64,000 nucleotides of DNA from Patescibacteria group bacterium (lineage in GTDB: Bacteria; Patescibacteriota; Microgenomatia; UBA8517), in the NCBI GenBank assembly GCA_026416845.1, contig JAOAEL010000001.1:318-64317 (forward strand), read 5' to 3'. Position 1 is the stretch's first letter, and every line of letters begins with the position of its first letter. Both the position numbers and the translations under genes were made by a program. Below are positions 20,068 through 30,917 of the stretch, one piece after another. A model generated the notes under the pieces. That model worked only from the letters and a program-made list of their open reading frames with translations, was not told the origin of the DNA and searched no databases.

Positions 20068-20958
20068 TTGCGAATTAAAGACATGGACATAAAAAACATT
20101 CTAAAAAATATCAAGCTACAAGAATCTACAATCAGCATGGTTATGGGAGTCTTAGTTATAATTGTGATTGGGATCTTTGGAGTAAATTACTTCTCTCAAC
20201 AAACAGAACAAAAACCACCTTTCCCATCTAACGGCGATATAACAAACAACTTATCGCCAACAGAAACCAAACTTCCAACTATCCATACAGTAGCTGAAAA
20301 CGAATCTCTTTGGTCTATATCAGAAAAATATTACGGCACAGGGTATAACTGGGTCGATATAAGAGATGCTAACAACCTAGATAACCCAGATCAAATAAAG
20401 GTGGGATCCGAAATAACCATACCGGATGTTAAACCTCGCAAACCGGTAGACACAACAAGCCCTACAACAATAGCAAAAGTATCACCCACACTCGAATCAA
20501 CATCAACACCTACATCAACCAATTCGCCAACACCAACTAAAAAGTTAGAAACAATCACGCCTACACCTACTCCCAAAGCCAACGAGCCAAGTGTTTCTAG
20601 CGAACATGTAGTAGCATCAGGAGAAACACTGTGGAAAATATCTGAAAAATACTACGGCACAGGTTACGATTGGACAAAAATTGCCAAAGAAAACAATATT
20701 AAAAACCCAAACAAAATTGAAATTGGACAAACTTTAAAAATACCAACTTCCAACCAAACTGCCGCGGCAACAGACTCAGATCAAGGCAAAACTGGTGAAA
20801 CTGAAAAATACACTGTTCAAAAAGGTGATAGTTTGTGGAAAATTGCTCAAAGCCAATTAGGTGATCCTTATCTTTGGGTAAAAATTGCCAAACTCAATAA
20901 ACTCAAAAACCCAAGTGTTATTCACGCGGGCAATGTTCTTGAAATACCCAAAAAATAG
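20068..20958 (+). CDS. Membrane-anchored protein with three LysM peptidoglycan-binding domains separated by Pro/Thr-rich linkers
   Basis: Three copies of the ...LWxISEKYYGTGYxW...IxxGQxLxIP LysM motif, an N-terminal TM helix and a TPTPTP linker. Confidence 0.8.
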   Translation: MRIKDMDIKNILKNIKLQESTISMVMGVLVIIVIGIFGVNYFSQQTEQKPPFPSNGDITNNLSPTETKLPTIHTVAENESLWSISEKYYGTGYNWVDIRDANNLDNPDQIKVGSEITIPDVKPRKPVDTTSPTTIAKVSPTLESTSTPTSTNSPTPTKKLETITPTPTPKANEPSVSSEHVVASGETLWKISEKYYGTGYDWTKIAKENNIKNPNKIEIGQTLKIPTSNQTAAATDSDQGKTGETEKYTVQKGDSLWKIAQSQLGDPYLWVKIAKLNKLKNPSVIHAGNVLEIPKK

Positions 20959-20988
20959 TTATATCGTTTGATATAATACTCGCACCAA

Positions 20989-21059
20989 GCGGGATTAGTT
21001 AAACGGTCTAACGCTACCTTCCCAAGGTAGAGAAACGGATTCGACTTCCGTATCCCGCT
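20989..21059 (+). tRNA. tRNA-Gly (anticodon CCC)
   Basis: Hand-folded. Acceptor GCGGGAT/ATCCCGC, D-stem GTTA/TAAC, anticodon stem CTACC/GGTAG with loop TTCCCAA, T-arm ACGGA-TTCGACT-TCCGT. 71 nt. Confidence 0.7.
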
Positions 21060-21308
21060 CAAATATTTGTTAATTCATTTAATTGTTAATTTATAAAATT
21101 GTTAATTTATAAATACGTAACATTATTTATAATAAATTACTTTGTACTTGCTCCAAACACTTCCATTGACAAGTTTATAAGTTTTAAGTGTTCAACCAAA
21201 ACTGAAACTAGCATTGAACAACCTAAGCTCCTTTTAAAAATTAAATTGACAATTTTTAAAAGATATTATCTTGATATTAAAACAAAAAACTGCTTCAATT
21301 AAATTGTC

Positions 21309-21536
21309 ATGATGTACGAAACAAAACAAACAAACTATTTATATCTTTTCATATTTGTTTGTTTTTCCCTTGCTTTTGGTATGCTAGTTTTTTTCTATTA
21401 CAAACCAATGATTATTAACGCCCAATGTTCAGATGTGGCATCAAAAAGCTCGTTTATTTACAAAGATAGAAATCTTATTGATCCTACGCTAAATTATGAC
21501 TCTCTAAAAGAAAAGTGCATTCAAGAAGCTCTCTAG
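21309..21536 (+). CDS. Hypothetical small membrane protein
   Basis: 75-aa ORF with one TM helix, lying between tRNA-Gly and tRNA-Thr. Weak support. Confidence 0.3.
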   Translation: MMYETKQTNYLYLFIFVCFSLAFGMLVFFYYKPMIINAQCSDVASKSSFIYKDRNLIDPTLNYDSLKEKCIQEAL

Positions 21537-21611
21537 GTTTGACTTCTTATCAAATCTGAAATAACAAACAACCACGCAATTAGGATATAATATAGCCCAA
21601 CTGAAAAAATT

Positions 21612-21684
21612 GCCTACGTAGCTCAGCTGGCAGAGCAGCGGTATCGTAAACCGCAGGTCGTCGGTTCAATCCCGACCGTAGGCT
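21612..21684 (+). tRNA. tRNA-Thr (anticodon CGT)
   Basis: Hand-folded. Acceptor GCCTACG/CGTAGGC, anticodon stem GCGGT/ACCGC with loop ATCGTAA, T-loop TTCAATC. 73 nt. Confidence 0.85.
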
Positions 21685-21837
21685 CACAAATTTTCAAATT
21701 TTTTTGCTTGAACAAATCTTTTTACAAGTTTCTAATTCTTAAAAATATGTATAAAGGTATCAAAATCATTTTCACACGCTTACATCAATTATCACTTGAT
21801 TCCTATGTTTGTTTTTCACATAAAATTATCCTGAAAG

Positions 21838-22245
21838 CTAATTAAAATTTATACTAAAATTATACATTCCCATGCTACAGGTTCCTTGGACTTTTTCGCC
21901 CGGTTTTGGAATCCCCAAGTCAATTACCTCTTCTCCTGTTGGTTGCAATAATTTTTGAAAACTTGCCGAACGGACTATAAGAGCCGCTGAACAATCATAT
22001 GTGCTTTCTGTCTTTATTACTAATTTAGTCGGCATCCCCGCTTCGAGTTGTGTATTACGCGGGGAATAACCGCCTTTGGCAGTTACAGTAACATACTGAA
22101 CGCCATCTTTTATTTCTACATTTTGTGACTGCATGACATCACCTTCTAGATTTGAAAGTAAATTTGTTCCCAAAATAAAGTAACCAGAAATACTAATAAT
22201 AACACCGGCAATAAAAATAAAAAATAATATTTTGTTTCTTTGCAT
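21838..22245 (-). CDS. Secreted cupredoxin-like domain protein (copper-handling accessory)
   Basis: Signal/TM N-terminus. The C-terminal ...GTCSMGMY... resembles the cupredoxin-like domain proteins (TCGMGM-type) that flank copper P-type ATPases. Confidence 0.6.
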   Translation of the reverse strand: MQRNKILFFIFIAGVIISISGYFILGTNLLSNLEGDVMQSQNVEIKDGVQYVTVTAKGGYSPRNTQLEAGMPTKLVIKTESTYDCSAALIVRSASFQKLLQPTGEEVIDLGIPKPGEKVQGTCSMGMYNFSINFN

Positions 22246-22261
22246 AAATAACCTAGTTCAA

Positions 22262-23260
22262 TTATATGTTAAACAAAGGGTTGATAACTGCAAGACTTCC
22301 AAGAAGTCCAAAGATGCCGAGTCCAATTACAATCACTCCCGCTGATTTAAAAAAAAGCGAAGCATATTTTGACTGAGCAAACGAAACCGAACCAAATGAC
22401 AAAAACGCAAGAACAGGAAATGTGCCAAGCGCAAATGCTGTCATAACAAGGAAGCCTGATAAAAATGAACCGCTGGAAATTGCCGCAAATTGCATAGTTT
22501 GTGTAAAACCGCACGGCAAAAAGAAAGTCCCAACACCCACTAAAAAAGTAGTTATAGTTTCATGCTCAACTTTGCGAAAAAGAGTAAAAAAATTTGAAGG
22601 TAAAGCAATTATATTTTTTTCAAACAATCCAACAAGATTAAAACCAAGAATAATCATCATTATCGATGCGATAATTCCAAGCGTCGCAGAAAGTGTAAAG
22701 CTTACACTAATTAAGCTTCCAATTGAGCCAAGAACACCTCCAAGCAAAGCAAAGCCCATCAAGCGCCCGCTATGAAAAAGCAACATCGGTTTTATGTCGC
22801 TTATCTTATCTTTGGCAACCGTTGCAGATAGCGAAAGCACCAATCCACCAACAACCGCCATGCAACTTGATACTGACGCAATAAGGCCAATAATAAAACT
22901 AGTTATAGGCGTCACATTTCCTTCAAAACCGAAGTTTAAAATTCCTGATTTTTGTAAAATATAAAATATGAAAAGAAATGAAAACCCAATAGGTAAAGCT
23001 TGCCAAATTAATTTATTGTCTTTTTTTTCAAGCAACTGTTTCTCAATTGAAATATGATAACCTCTAGAATTTATCTTATCATTTAAAATCTTAGCAAGTT
23101 TGTGTCGATCTATATCAATCGTGGTACGAACCAAAATCGTCCCATTTTTTAAATCTACATTGGTACAACTAACACCATTTTTGTTGTTCAAAGTGTCTTC
23201 AATAAAAATCTTGCACGACGGACAATGAATACCAGATACATGAAATTTGTACTTTCTCAT
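22262..23260 (-). CDS. Heavy-metal-associated (HMA, CxxC) domain fused to a DsbD_2/CcdA-like polytopic membrane domain
   Basis: N-terminal HVSGIHCPSCKIFIED HMA fold. Six-plus TM helices with an LPCG motif, as in DsbD_2-type thiol:disulfide/metal-transfer membrane proteins. Confidence 0.6.
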   Translation of the reverse strand: MRKYKFHVSGIHCPSCKIFIEDTLNNKNGVSCTNVDLKNGTILVRTTIDIDRHKLAKILNDKINSRGYHISIEKQLLEKKDNKLIWQALPIGFSFLFIFYILQKSGILNFGFEGNVTPITSFIIGLIASVSSCMAVVGGLVLSLSATVAKDKISDIKPMLLFHSGRLMGFALLGGVLGSIGSLISVSFTLSATLGIIASIMMIILGFNLVGLFEKNIIALPSNFFTLFRKVEHETITTFLVGVGTFFLPCGFTQTMQFAAISSGSFLSGFLVMTAFALGTFPVLAFLSFGSVSFAQSKYASLFFKSAGVIVIGLGIFGLLGSLAVINPLFNI

Positions 23261-23262
23261 AA

Positions 23263-25581
23263 TTAAAGCGGTTTCGTTTTAAGACGCAAAGAATTGGATA
23301 CAACTGACACACTTGAAAATGCCATTGCCAACCCGGCAAAGACAGGATTTAAAATCCAACCAAAAAGCGGATAAAAAACTCCAGCGGCAAGTGGAATTCC
23401 AAGAATATTATAAATAAAAGCAAAAAAAAGATTTTGTTTTATACCATTCATGGTAAACTTAGAAAGTTTAATTGCTTTTACTAGCTTTGCAATCTCTCCG
23501 CCCAAGAGAGCAATGTTAGCAGTTTCTATAGCAACATCAGTACCACTTCCCATAGCAATACCAACATCTGCCTGCGCAAGAGCAGGCGCGTCGTTAATTC
23601 CATCGCCAACCATTGCCACAATACAACCTTGATTTTGCAATTCTTTGATTTTTTTGAGCTTATCTTCAGGAAGCATTTCCGCAAAAACTTCATCTATGCC
23701 TACTTTACTAGCAATAGCAAATGCGGTTTTTTGGCAATCGCCAGTAAGCAGGATAGTCTTTATCCCAAAATTATGCAAATTTCTAACTACCTCAATAGCT
23801 TCTGGCCGAACTGTGTCGGCAACCATCGCGACAGCCAAAATGGCCTCCTTGGTGGCAAAAATTACGGGAGTATTACCATATGTTGCGTTTTTATTAATTT
23901 GCTTGTAATCCAAAGAAAGTCCAAGATCAGAGATAAGTTTGGCATTGCCAACAAAATACTCTGTGCCATCAACAACAGCCTTAACACCTTTGCCTCTAAT
24001 AGCTTCAAAATTTGATACGGATTCTGGAGAAACCTTTTTGGCTTTTGCATATTCTAAAATAGCATTGGCAATCGGATGTTCTGATTTGTTTTCAAGTGCG
24101 GCAAGTATTGAAACAATCTTTTTCTGGGAAAACTTTGAAACATTTTGAATACTAACAAGTCTCGGCTTGCCATAAGTAATCGTGCCTGTTTTGTCAAAAA
24201 CTACGACACTTACCTTGTGTAAAGTTTCAAGAGTAACGGCATCCTTAATCAAGATTCCTTCCTTGGCGCCTTTGCCAACACCTACAATAATCGCCGTAGG
24301 AGTAGCAAGCCCAAGAGCGCATGGACATGCAATAACCAAAACTCCAACAAATGAAATTAGTCCATATGAAAAAGCTTGTGCAAATCCAAAATTCAAAGTT
24401 CCCAACAACAACCATATCGTAAGCGTCAAAAATGCAATAGCAATTGCAACTGGTACAAAGATGGCTGAAATTTGGTCTGCTAATCTTTGGATAGGAGCAC
24501 GACTTTCTTGAGATTTTTCTACCAACGTAATAATACGAGCAAGCAAAGTCTCTGATCCTACCTTTGTAGCCTCAAAAACAAACGAACCCGTAGTGTTAAT
24601 CGTACCTGCAACCACAAAATCACCTGTTTTCTTCTCAACTGGCAAAGACTCACCAGTAATCATAGACTCGTCCACAAAAGAAGTCCCATCAATAACAATG
24701 CCATCAACTGGAATACTAGCGCCGGGTTTAACTATTATCCTGTCTCCACGCACAACATCACTTACAGAAACTTCCTTTTCTTGTCCGTTTTGCAAAACAA
24801 TTGCCGTCTTTGCTTGCAAGTTCAGAAGTCTTTCAATGGCATCTCCTGTTTTAATCTTTGCCTTCGCTTCAAGATATTTGCCAAAAGTGATAAAAGCAAT
24901 CACCACAATAGTAACGTCATAATAGGTATTCTCAATATTGACAAATTGTTTAAGCGATTCCTCAAAAGCGCTTACAATAAAACTATAAAGAAAGGCAGTA
25001 AATGTCCCAATACCTACAAGAGAATCCATATTTGCCTTGCCATAACGCAAAAAGCGATACAAACCAAGCAAATAAGGCTTGCCAATTACAAAAAGCATAT
25101 ATGTAGCAAGAATTGGCAAAAGATGATGCACAAACTTATAAACAGTTTGAGGCATCTTTGAAATTAGTCCAAATTGAGCAAAGATATCCCAAGTCATGAA
25201 AATAATGCTAAAAATGGCAATCGGAATAACCACTATTGCATTCATGCGCATATTTGCTAACTCTTTCAGTTTCTCCTGTTTTGATTTTCCCACAATCGCG
25301 TAGTCACGATGATTATTGGTAGCAAATACATTTGCTTGTCTACTACTTTCTTTCAGAGCAATTGGAACATCTGGAATGATAAGCGAATATCCAAAAGGTT
25401 CAATCTTTTCAGAAAGTTTTTGATGACTAACTTTTCTAGGATCAAAAGAAATTTTTGCCTTTTCTGTAGCATAGTTGACTTCAGCCAACTTAACACCCTC
25501 AATCTCCCTAAATATTTTTTCAAGAATAGCGGAACAAGAAGCACAACGCATTCCCTTTATTGTGTAAGTTTGTATATACAT
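23263..25581 (-). CDS. copA: Copper-translocating P1B-type ATPase
   Basis: N-terminal HMA ([12 protein letters not shown]), CPC transmembrane metal site ([11 protein letters not shown]), DKTGTIT phosphorylation site and GDGINDAP hinge. Confidence 0.9.
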   Translation of the reverse strand: MYIQTYTIKGMRCASCSAILEKIFREIEGVKLAEVNYATEKAKISFDPRKVSHQKLSEKIEPFGYSLIIPDVPIALKESSRQANVFATNNHRDYAIVGKSKQEKLKELANMRMNAIVVIPIAIFSIIFMTWDIFAQFGLISKMPQTVYKFVHHLLPILATYMLFVIGKPYLLGLYRFLRYGKANMDSLVGIGTFTAFLYSFIVSAFEESLKQFVNIENTYYDVTIVVIAFITFGKYLEAKAKIKTGDAIERLLNLQAKTAIVLQNGQEKEVSVSDVVRGDRIIVKPGASIPVDGIVIDGTSFVDESMITGESLPVEKKTGDFVVAGTINTTGSFVFEATKVGSETLLARIITLVEKSQESRAPIQRLADQISAIFVPVAIAIAFLTLTIWLLLGTLNFGFAQAFSYGLISFVGVLVIACPCALGLATPTAIIVGVGKGAKEGILIKDAVTLETLHKVSVVVFDKTGTITYGKPRLVSIQNVSKFSQKKIVSILAALENKSEHPIANAILEYAKAKKVSPESVSNFEAIRGKGVKAVVDGTEYFVGNAKLISDLGLSLDYKQINKNATYGNTPVIFATKEAILAVAMVADTVRPEAIEVVRNLHNFGIKTILLTGDCQKTAFAIASKVGIDEVFAEMLPEDKLKKIKELQNQGCIVAMVGDGINDAPALAQADVGIAMGSGTDVAIETANIALLGGEIAKLVKAIKLSKFTMNGIKQNLFFAFIYNILGIPLAAGVFYPLFGWILNPVFAGLAMAFSSVSVVSNSLRLKTKPL

Positions 25582-25582
25582 A

Positions 25583-25858
25583 TCACCTTCTTTTTAGCTT
25601 ATATACTTTCAAGATTTCTTGCTTTGCCTTACTAATCTGACCTGTTCTAACTTGATTGACTATGCAACTCTCAAGGTGATTTTCAAGTAATATATCCTCA
25701 ACATTGGATAAAGCTTGCTTCACCGCAGATGTTTGTGTAATTACATCTATACAATAGATACCTTCCTCAATCATTTTCTGTAATCCTCGCACTTGACCCT
25801 CAATAAGTTTAAGGCGTCGGATTATTAGTTTTTTATTTCCATCATTTAAGTATTTCAT
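25583..25858 (-). CDS. csoR: CsoR/RcnR-family metal-sensing transcriptional repressor
   Basis: 91-aa all-helical DUF156 protein with the Cys...His...Cys ligand pattern (C-x..H..C). Sits first in an operon with copA. Confidence 0.8.
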   Translation of the reverse strand: MKYLNDGNKKLIIRRLKLIEGQVRGLQKMIEEGIYCIDVITQTSAVKQALSNVEDILLENHLESCIVNQVRTGQISKAKQEILKVYKLKRR

Positions 25859-25870
25859 ATATATTTATGT

Positions 25871-25887
25871 ATACCCCCCGGTGGTAT
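25871..25887. promoter_or_regulatory. Candidate CsoR operator ATACC-N7-GGTAT (ATACCCCCCGGTGGTAT)
   Basis: A GC-rich pseudo-palindrome 13 nt upstream of the csoR start, in an otherwise AT-rich spacer. It resembles known CsoR boxes (TACCC...GGGTA). Confidence 0.45.
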
Positions 25888-26089
25888 ATTTGTAAAGATT
25901 TGATTCGGCAAGGGGCAAAAATTATAAAAATACTCCTATGATTTATTTGATTGCATAAAATTCCCGCTTCAAATCCAAAATTTGCTTTTATAATTGCTAC
26001 ACTCTAAAAAAGAAAACATAGATAAATTTCATTTGGCTGTAAATTTTTGATAAATTAGATTAAATCAAAGTTATCTGAATTATAAATTT

Positions 26090-26857
26090 ATGAGATTCAA
26101 CCAAGTACCAAAAATAAAAATCAACCAATACCAAACACTGGAAAATAAATTCTACTCCCGTAAACAAATCATTGAACAAAAACATAACTTAAGAAAAGCC
26201 ATATTTTTATTTATCACTTCAATAAGCATCATACTTTTCCTAATATTTTTTGGTATTCCTACAATTACAAATTTGCTAAGTATAATCACCGACATGAAAC
26301 AAAGTTACACCTCGCCTGAAAAAAGCGATGCAACTCCACCAATCGTTCCTGAATTTGAACCGATTAATAAATATACAAATAAAAAAGAAATTGAAATAAA
26401 AGGCAGGACAGAACCAGGAGCTTATGTATCTTTATCTTTGAATGGACAAACTTCAGAAGTTTTGGCAAACGCGGAAGGAATCTTCCGAATTAGCTTAAAA
26501 TTAGTTCCGGGTGAAAACTCATTATATGCCTTCTCAAAAGACACTAGTGGAAATAAAAGCAACAATTCTGAAAATATAATTATAGTCTATGACAATACCC
26601 CTCCAGATATAGAAATAACAAAGCCATCAGACAATTCAAGTTTTTTTGGACTCAAAGAAAGACAATTGACAATAAACGGCAAAACAGAACCTAAAGCAAA
26701 AGTCACAATTAACAACAGATATGTTTTTGTAGAAGAAGACGGTTCATTTTCATACACAGTTAGCCTAAATGAGGGCGAAAACAAATTTGTTGCAAAAACT
26801 GAAGATCAATCCGGAAATTCATCAGAAAAAGAATTTATTGTTAATTTTGTGCCTTAG
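26090..26857 (+). CDS. Membrane-anchored protein with two bacterial Ig-like (Big) domains
   Basis: N-terminal TM helix and two roughly 80-aa beta-rich repeats (IEIKGRTEPGAYVSLSLNGQ... and LTINGKTEPKAKVTINN...). Confidence 0.5.
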   Translation: MRFNQVPKIKINQYQTLENKFYSRKQIIEQKHNLRKAIFLFITSISIILFLIFFGIPTITNLLSIITDMKQSYTSPEKSDATPPIVPEFEPINKYTNKKEIEIKGRTEPGAYVSLSLNGQTSEVLANAEGIFRISLKLVPGENSLYAFSKDTSGNKSNNSENIIIVYDNTPPDIEITKPSDNSSFFGLKERQLTINGKTEPKAKVTINNRYVFVEEDGSFSYTVSLNEGENKFVAKTEDQSGNSSEKEFIVNFVP

Positions 26858-28048
26858 ATCAGAGGCAATCACAAAAATAATCATAAAAATTCCCACAATT
26901 AAGGAATAAAAAAAGCTATTAGAAAAAATGCTGTGAACAAAGATAGCAATAAAGATTGTTTTTACAAAGAGATTTGAATTTTTTCTCCAAAATAATACAT
27001 AAAGCAAGTTTATAAATAAAATCAACCCAACAACCCCTGTTGCCGCCCAAATAAACAATACACTTGAATCTGCGCCTGAACATGCATTAGAATTTGCATC
27101 GCCGCCAAAATAATCCAGTCTAACTCTGCACATATTATTAAATCCCACTCCAAACAAAGGATAATCCTTAATAATTGTCAATGTCTGCGAATAATTCTCA
27201 AGCCTTTGATAAATGCTTGCAACTCTTCCCAACCTCACACCCTCGCCTTCAAAACGTGAAAAAGAAAAGAAGAAAAACACAAAAACAGAAATTAAAGCAA
27301 AAATTGCAACAATGTTTATCAATTTTTTGCTGTACAAACTTGCAAAAAAATAAATAGAGCTTGTAATAAACGCTAAATAGCTAGCTCTAGAATAAGTTAA
27401 AAGCAAAACAATTAAAAAAAATGAACAAAACAAAAAAATATTTTTTGGATTTAAATTTTTATGATAAATAAAAAATGACAAAAAAAATCCAAAAACAGAC
27501 AAAAAACCAATATAAGTCGGATCGAAATAAAAACCTGCCAGACGATTTAGGTGATCATCCCAACCAAATTTGATTAAAAATCTTAAATCAGGAACAAAAA
27601 TATATTGAAAAAATCCAAACAAACATGCCGCAAAAATTGAATAATAAAGGTACTTGGTCAAGTTGTCGCTCTTGATTAAGTTTTTGCCAATCACATAACT
27701 TGCGGCTGAATAAATTGCCCCCCAAGAAGCAAGTCTGAGCAAATATAAAGTTGAATTTATCGTATTTTGGTCAAATACAAATTTTATGTTTACCAAAAAA
27801 CTAAATAAGGCACTAAGGAAAAAATAAAACATCTGCTTATTTACTTTTAATTTGGTCCTATAAAACAAATGTATGACAAGAAGCGCAACCGCAACTAAAT
27901 CATAAAAAATAAACGGAATTGTAAAATTCAATACCTTTATATCAAAACGGGCTAATTGGCCAAAAGGAATTAAAACTATGTAAAATAAAAGCAAGAACTT
28001 AAAAATTTTACCTACTTTTTCTTCTGCAAAACCCATAAATTGCTCCAA
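26822..28048 (-). CDS. O-antigen ligase/polymerase-like polytopic membrane protein (Wzy_C family)
   Basis: About 10 TM helices and a periplasmic loop motif (YPLFGVGFNN) typical of O-antigen ligase-like proteins. Confidence 0.6.
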   Translation of the reverse strand: MEQFMGFAEEKVGKIFKFLLLFYIVLIPFGQLARFDIKVLNFTIPFIFYDLVAVALLVIHLFYRTKLKVNKQMFYFFLSALFSFLVNIKFVFDQNTINSTLYLLRLASWGAIYSAASYVIGKNLIKSDNLTKYLYYSIFAACLFGFFQYIFVPDLRFLIKFGWDDHLNRLAGFYFDPTYIGFLSVFGFFLSFFIYHKNLNPKNIFLFCSFFLIVLLLTYSRASYLAFITSSIYFFASLYSKKLINIVAIFALISVFVFFFFSFSRFEGEGVRLGRVASIYQRLENYSQTLTIIKDYPLFGVGFNNMCRVRLDYFGGDANSNACSGADSSVLFIWAATGVVGLILFINLLYVLFWRKNSNLFVKTIFIAIFVHSIFSNSFFYSLIVGIFMIIFVIASDLRHKINNKFFF

Positions 28049-28755
28049 GCCAAGAAAGAATGGAAAGAAAGCATCAGTGCAGACACCATTCCATGCGCGC
28101 CATCTAAAAATCCTAACCTAAAAATATAATTCTGCATAAACTTAAAAATAGGAGCGAAAATAATCAATGCAAGGGATGATCTTTTGCCAGCATAATAATT
28201 TTCAAACGCATGCATCTTTGCATAGAAATTTATGCTATCAATAAAAAGGAATAAATTGTCATGAGGGTAATGCCAAAGAGGAGACTTTAATTCTCCAATA
28301 CTTCCTTGCACTTGCCAAACTTCATGAACTTTTCTTTGCCAAAGCCCAGATCCTTTTTTGGCTAACCGTATTATCTTGTTGTTTCCTGATTCGCCGTATT
28401 TTAACTGCTTGCCTAAAAAATAATCGCTACGATGTATGTAAAATGCGTCTTTTTTTGTTTTTGGCAAAACATTTGAAATTTCTTTAGCAAGCTCATTTGA
28501 TACAACTTCATCTGCGTCAACAAACAACACCCACTTATGGGAAGCATATGATAATGCAAAATTTCTTTGCTGGGCAAAATCTCCCCTTAAAGAATGTACC
28601 AACACCTTCACATTTGGGTATTTTTTAGCAACTATGCGGGTTGCATCTGTCGAGCAATCATCGCATACTATAATTTCATCGCAAAACCACAAATAATCTA
28701 AACATCTGGCAATTTTACTTTCTTCGTTTTTTGTTAACACTATTGCAGTTAGCAT
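28012..28755 (-). CDS. Family 2 glycosyltransferase
   Basis: AIVLTKNEE...CDDCSTD...VDADE (DxD) GT-A fold motifs. Confidence 0.75.
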   Translation of the reverse strand: MLTAIVLTKNEESKIARCLDYLWFCDEIIVCDDCSTDATRIVAKKYPNVKVLVHSLRGDFAQQRNFALSYASHKWVLFVDADEVVSNELAKEISNVLPKTKKDAFYIHRSDYFLGKQLKYGESGNNKIIRLAKKGSGLWQRKVHEVWQVQGSIGELKSPLWHYPHDNLFLFIDSINFYAKMHAFENYYAGKRSSLALIIFAPIFKFMQNYIFRLGFLDGAHGMVSALMLSFHSFLAWSNLWVLQKKK

Positions 28756-30917
28756 TACTGTAAGTACCCTACTTTTATACTGCCAAAATCGCGCGTCAAT
28801 TCATAATGGTAAAAATCAGGCAAATTATCTAAACCTTCAGTTATCAAAACCTTAAACCTAGCATCATCATCAGGTTTGTTACCTTTTGTCCATAGCAAAT
28901 ATCTCCATTGAGAATCGCCAGATTTGAATTGACTATTTGGACCGATATATAAAAGTTTATAATCCTTATCATTCAAGTCCTCAACAATTACTTGCGCCAC
29001 CTTTTCTCTATCTAAAAAAGAAATTGAATTTTCAACTGAAAATTTATGTAAAGATTTAAAAAAGCTAAAAATCAAATACAAAAAAATTAAAGAAATGCCA
29101 AAAATTTTATTTTTTATAATAATTTTTACTCCTAGATCGCCAACTAAAAACGCAATCGGCAAATATAAAATAGGCATGTATGCGTCAGAAAAACTTCCTC
29201 TAACAAAAAAACCTAAAATTCCAAGGCAAAACCAAAGCGCAATAAATTTCTTAATTTTGTCTCCATAAAAAAGGTAATAAATGGCAATTAGTACACAAGA
29301 AAATAAAAACGCAATAGCAAGCATAAAATTATCCACAAAAATCCTTCCAAAAACTGAGGCCGCTTGATTGTTAATAGAAAAAATTGTTGATTGATTAAAA
29401 TTAAATAAATCTAAAAATTTGCTTAAAAACCATACGCCAAAACCAACGGTTTGAATAAACACACCTCTTTGGTAATCGTAAATAAAAAAGGGAATAATTG
29501 AAACAAAAAATCCAGAAATAAAATATAAACATTTTTTTAGAAATTTTAATTTAAAAAATAAAAACAAATAAAAAACAACAACTGGAACAAGCAGGAAAGC
29601 CGCTAATTCAACCTGAAAAGCAATCCCTAAACTAAAACCTGCCCAAAAAAGAGATCTTATTCTTTCATGTTTAATAAATTTGAATACAAAAAATGAAAAC
29701 AAAAGCAAAAAAGCAAAAAATGCGGTGTTGGCAAAAGCAGATCTATCGTTTTCAACAATAAATGGAGAAACAGCCAAAAACAAAGAACCAATAGCAATTT
29801 GTGCTTTGTCAAAATATTTAGTCAACAAAAGCCAAAATAAAAGAATATTTACCACTCCCCAAATTGCCGTTAGATATAAAGCATAAATAGGATTAAAATC
29901 TCCAAAAGACAAAAATAAAGCCAATATCCATGTCCATACAGCTCCTTGCGAAAGTATGGGGACACTCGATTCTATGCCAACCAATGGAAATTTTTGGTAT
30001 ATAAGCATGTCCTTGGCTTCTAAAAAGTACCAGGAAACATCACCCGCAAAATTAAATGTTTCCGGCAATCTCACAAGCCTTAGACAAAGAGCTAAGATAA
30101 GAATCAAAAAAAACAAGAAATGCCATTTGGAAAACCCGCAAAACATTTCAACAAAAAACATCCAAAAATATCCGTAATGCTTAAGAAAGTAATACCTCCT
30201 GCTTTTGATATTTTCTATTAAAAGATTTTTGCTTTGACCCTTTATCTGTTTGTGCCGCGCTTTTGCGTAAGGCAAGACATACATCAGATAATTAGAACCC
30301 TTTATTCTTCTACCAAGATCAGATTCTTCATAATACAAAAACATATTTTCATCAAATGCACCCACTTCAAAAAATACATTTTTTCTAATCATGAAAACGC
30401 AACCGAGAAGAGTATCGACTTCGTATGGATAATTTTTGTTTATATTTGCAAGTTTATAATCTTGGGCAACAAAATTTTTTGGAAAATATTTATGAATAAA
30501 AGAGTGAGCAAAAATGGCTCTAACAGGAGTTAATTCTTTTGTGCCGGTGTGCTTTTCATTTGTCAAAATCGGAGACACAGCCGCCACATTTTTATTTTCA
30601 TCCAAAAACTCAATTAATTTATCTATTGCAAATGGATACAAAAAGACATCAGGATTCAAAATCAACAAATATTCACCTTTTGCATTGCGCGCTCCCAAAT
30701 TATTCCCACCTCCATATCCTAAATTTTTAGGAGGCTTGAGGTATACGACATTTTTAGGGATTTGTTCTTTCAAAGAAGACTTTTTCTCATTGTTATCTAC
30801 AACTATTAATTCAAATCTAAAATTTATTTTCAGCTCAAAAATTCTTGAAATACTATCTTGTATAACACTATCATCCCCATAATGAACAAGAATTATAGAA
30901 AGTTTTACTTTTGACAT
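28755..30917 (-). CDS. Bifunctional glycosyltransferase: N-terminal GT2 catalytic domain fused to a large (about 12-TM) GT-C/ArnT-PMT-like membrane domain
   Basis: N-terminus SIILVHYGDD...VVDNNE...GYGGGNNLG...NPDVFL (GT2). The C-terminal roughly 450 aa are polytopic. Confidence 0.65.
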   Translation of the reverse strand: MSKVKLSIILVHYGDDSVIQDSISRIFELKINFRFELIVVDNNEKKSSLKEQIPKNVVYLKPPKNLGYGGGNNLGARNAKGEYLLILNPDVFLYPFAIDKLIEFLDENKNVAAVSPILTNEKHTGTKELTPVRAIFAHSFIHKYFPKNFVAQDYKLANINKNYPYEVDTLLGCVFMIRKNVFFEVGAFDENMFLYYEESDLGRRIKGSNYLMYVLPYAKARHKQIKGQSKNLLIENIKSRRYYFLKHYGYFWMFFVEMFCGFSKWHFLFFLILILALCLRLVRLPETFNFAGDVSWYFLEAKDMLIYQKFPLVGIESSVPILSQGAVWTWILALFLSFGDFNPIYALYLTAIWGVVNILLFWLLLTKYFDKAQIAIGSLFLAVSPFIVENDRSAFANTAFFAFLLLFSFFVFKFIKHERIRSLFWAGFSLGIAFQVELAAFLLVPVVVFYLFLFFKLKFLKKCLYFISGFFVSIIPFFIYDYQRGVFIQTVGFGVWFLSKFLDLFNFNQSTIFSINNQAASVFGRIFVDNFMLAIAFLFSCVLIAIYYLFYGDKIKKFIALWFCLGILGFFVRGSFSDAYMPILYLPIAFLVGDLGVKIIIKNKIFGISLIFLYLIFSFFKSLHKFSVENSISFLDREKVAQVIVEDLNDKDYKLLYIGPNSQFKSGDSQWRYLLWTKGNKPDDDARFKVLITEGLDNLPDFYHYELTRDFGSIKVGYLQ

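Noticed and set aside
27300-27560. A-rich, repeat-looking stretch within the O-antigen-ligase-like gene (possible tandem repeat or CRISPR-like)
   Set aside because: It is just codon bias for Phe/Lys/Asn/Ile in TM helices of an AT-rich gene. There are no regularly spaced identical repeats, and no CRISPR array anywhere in the window.
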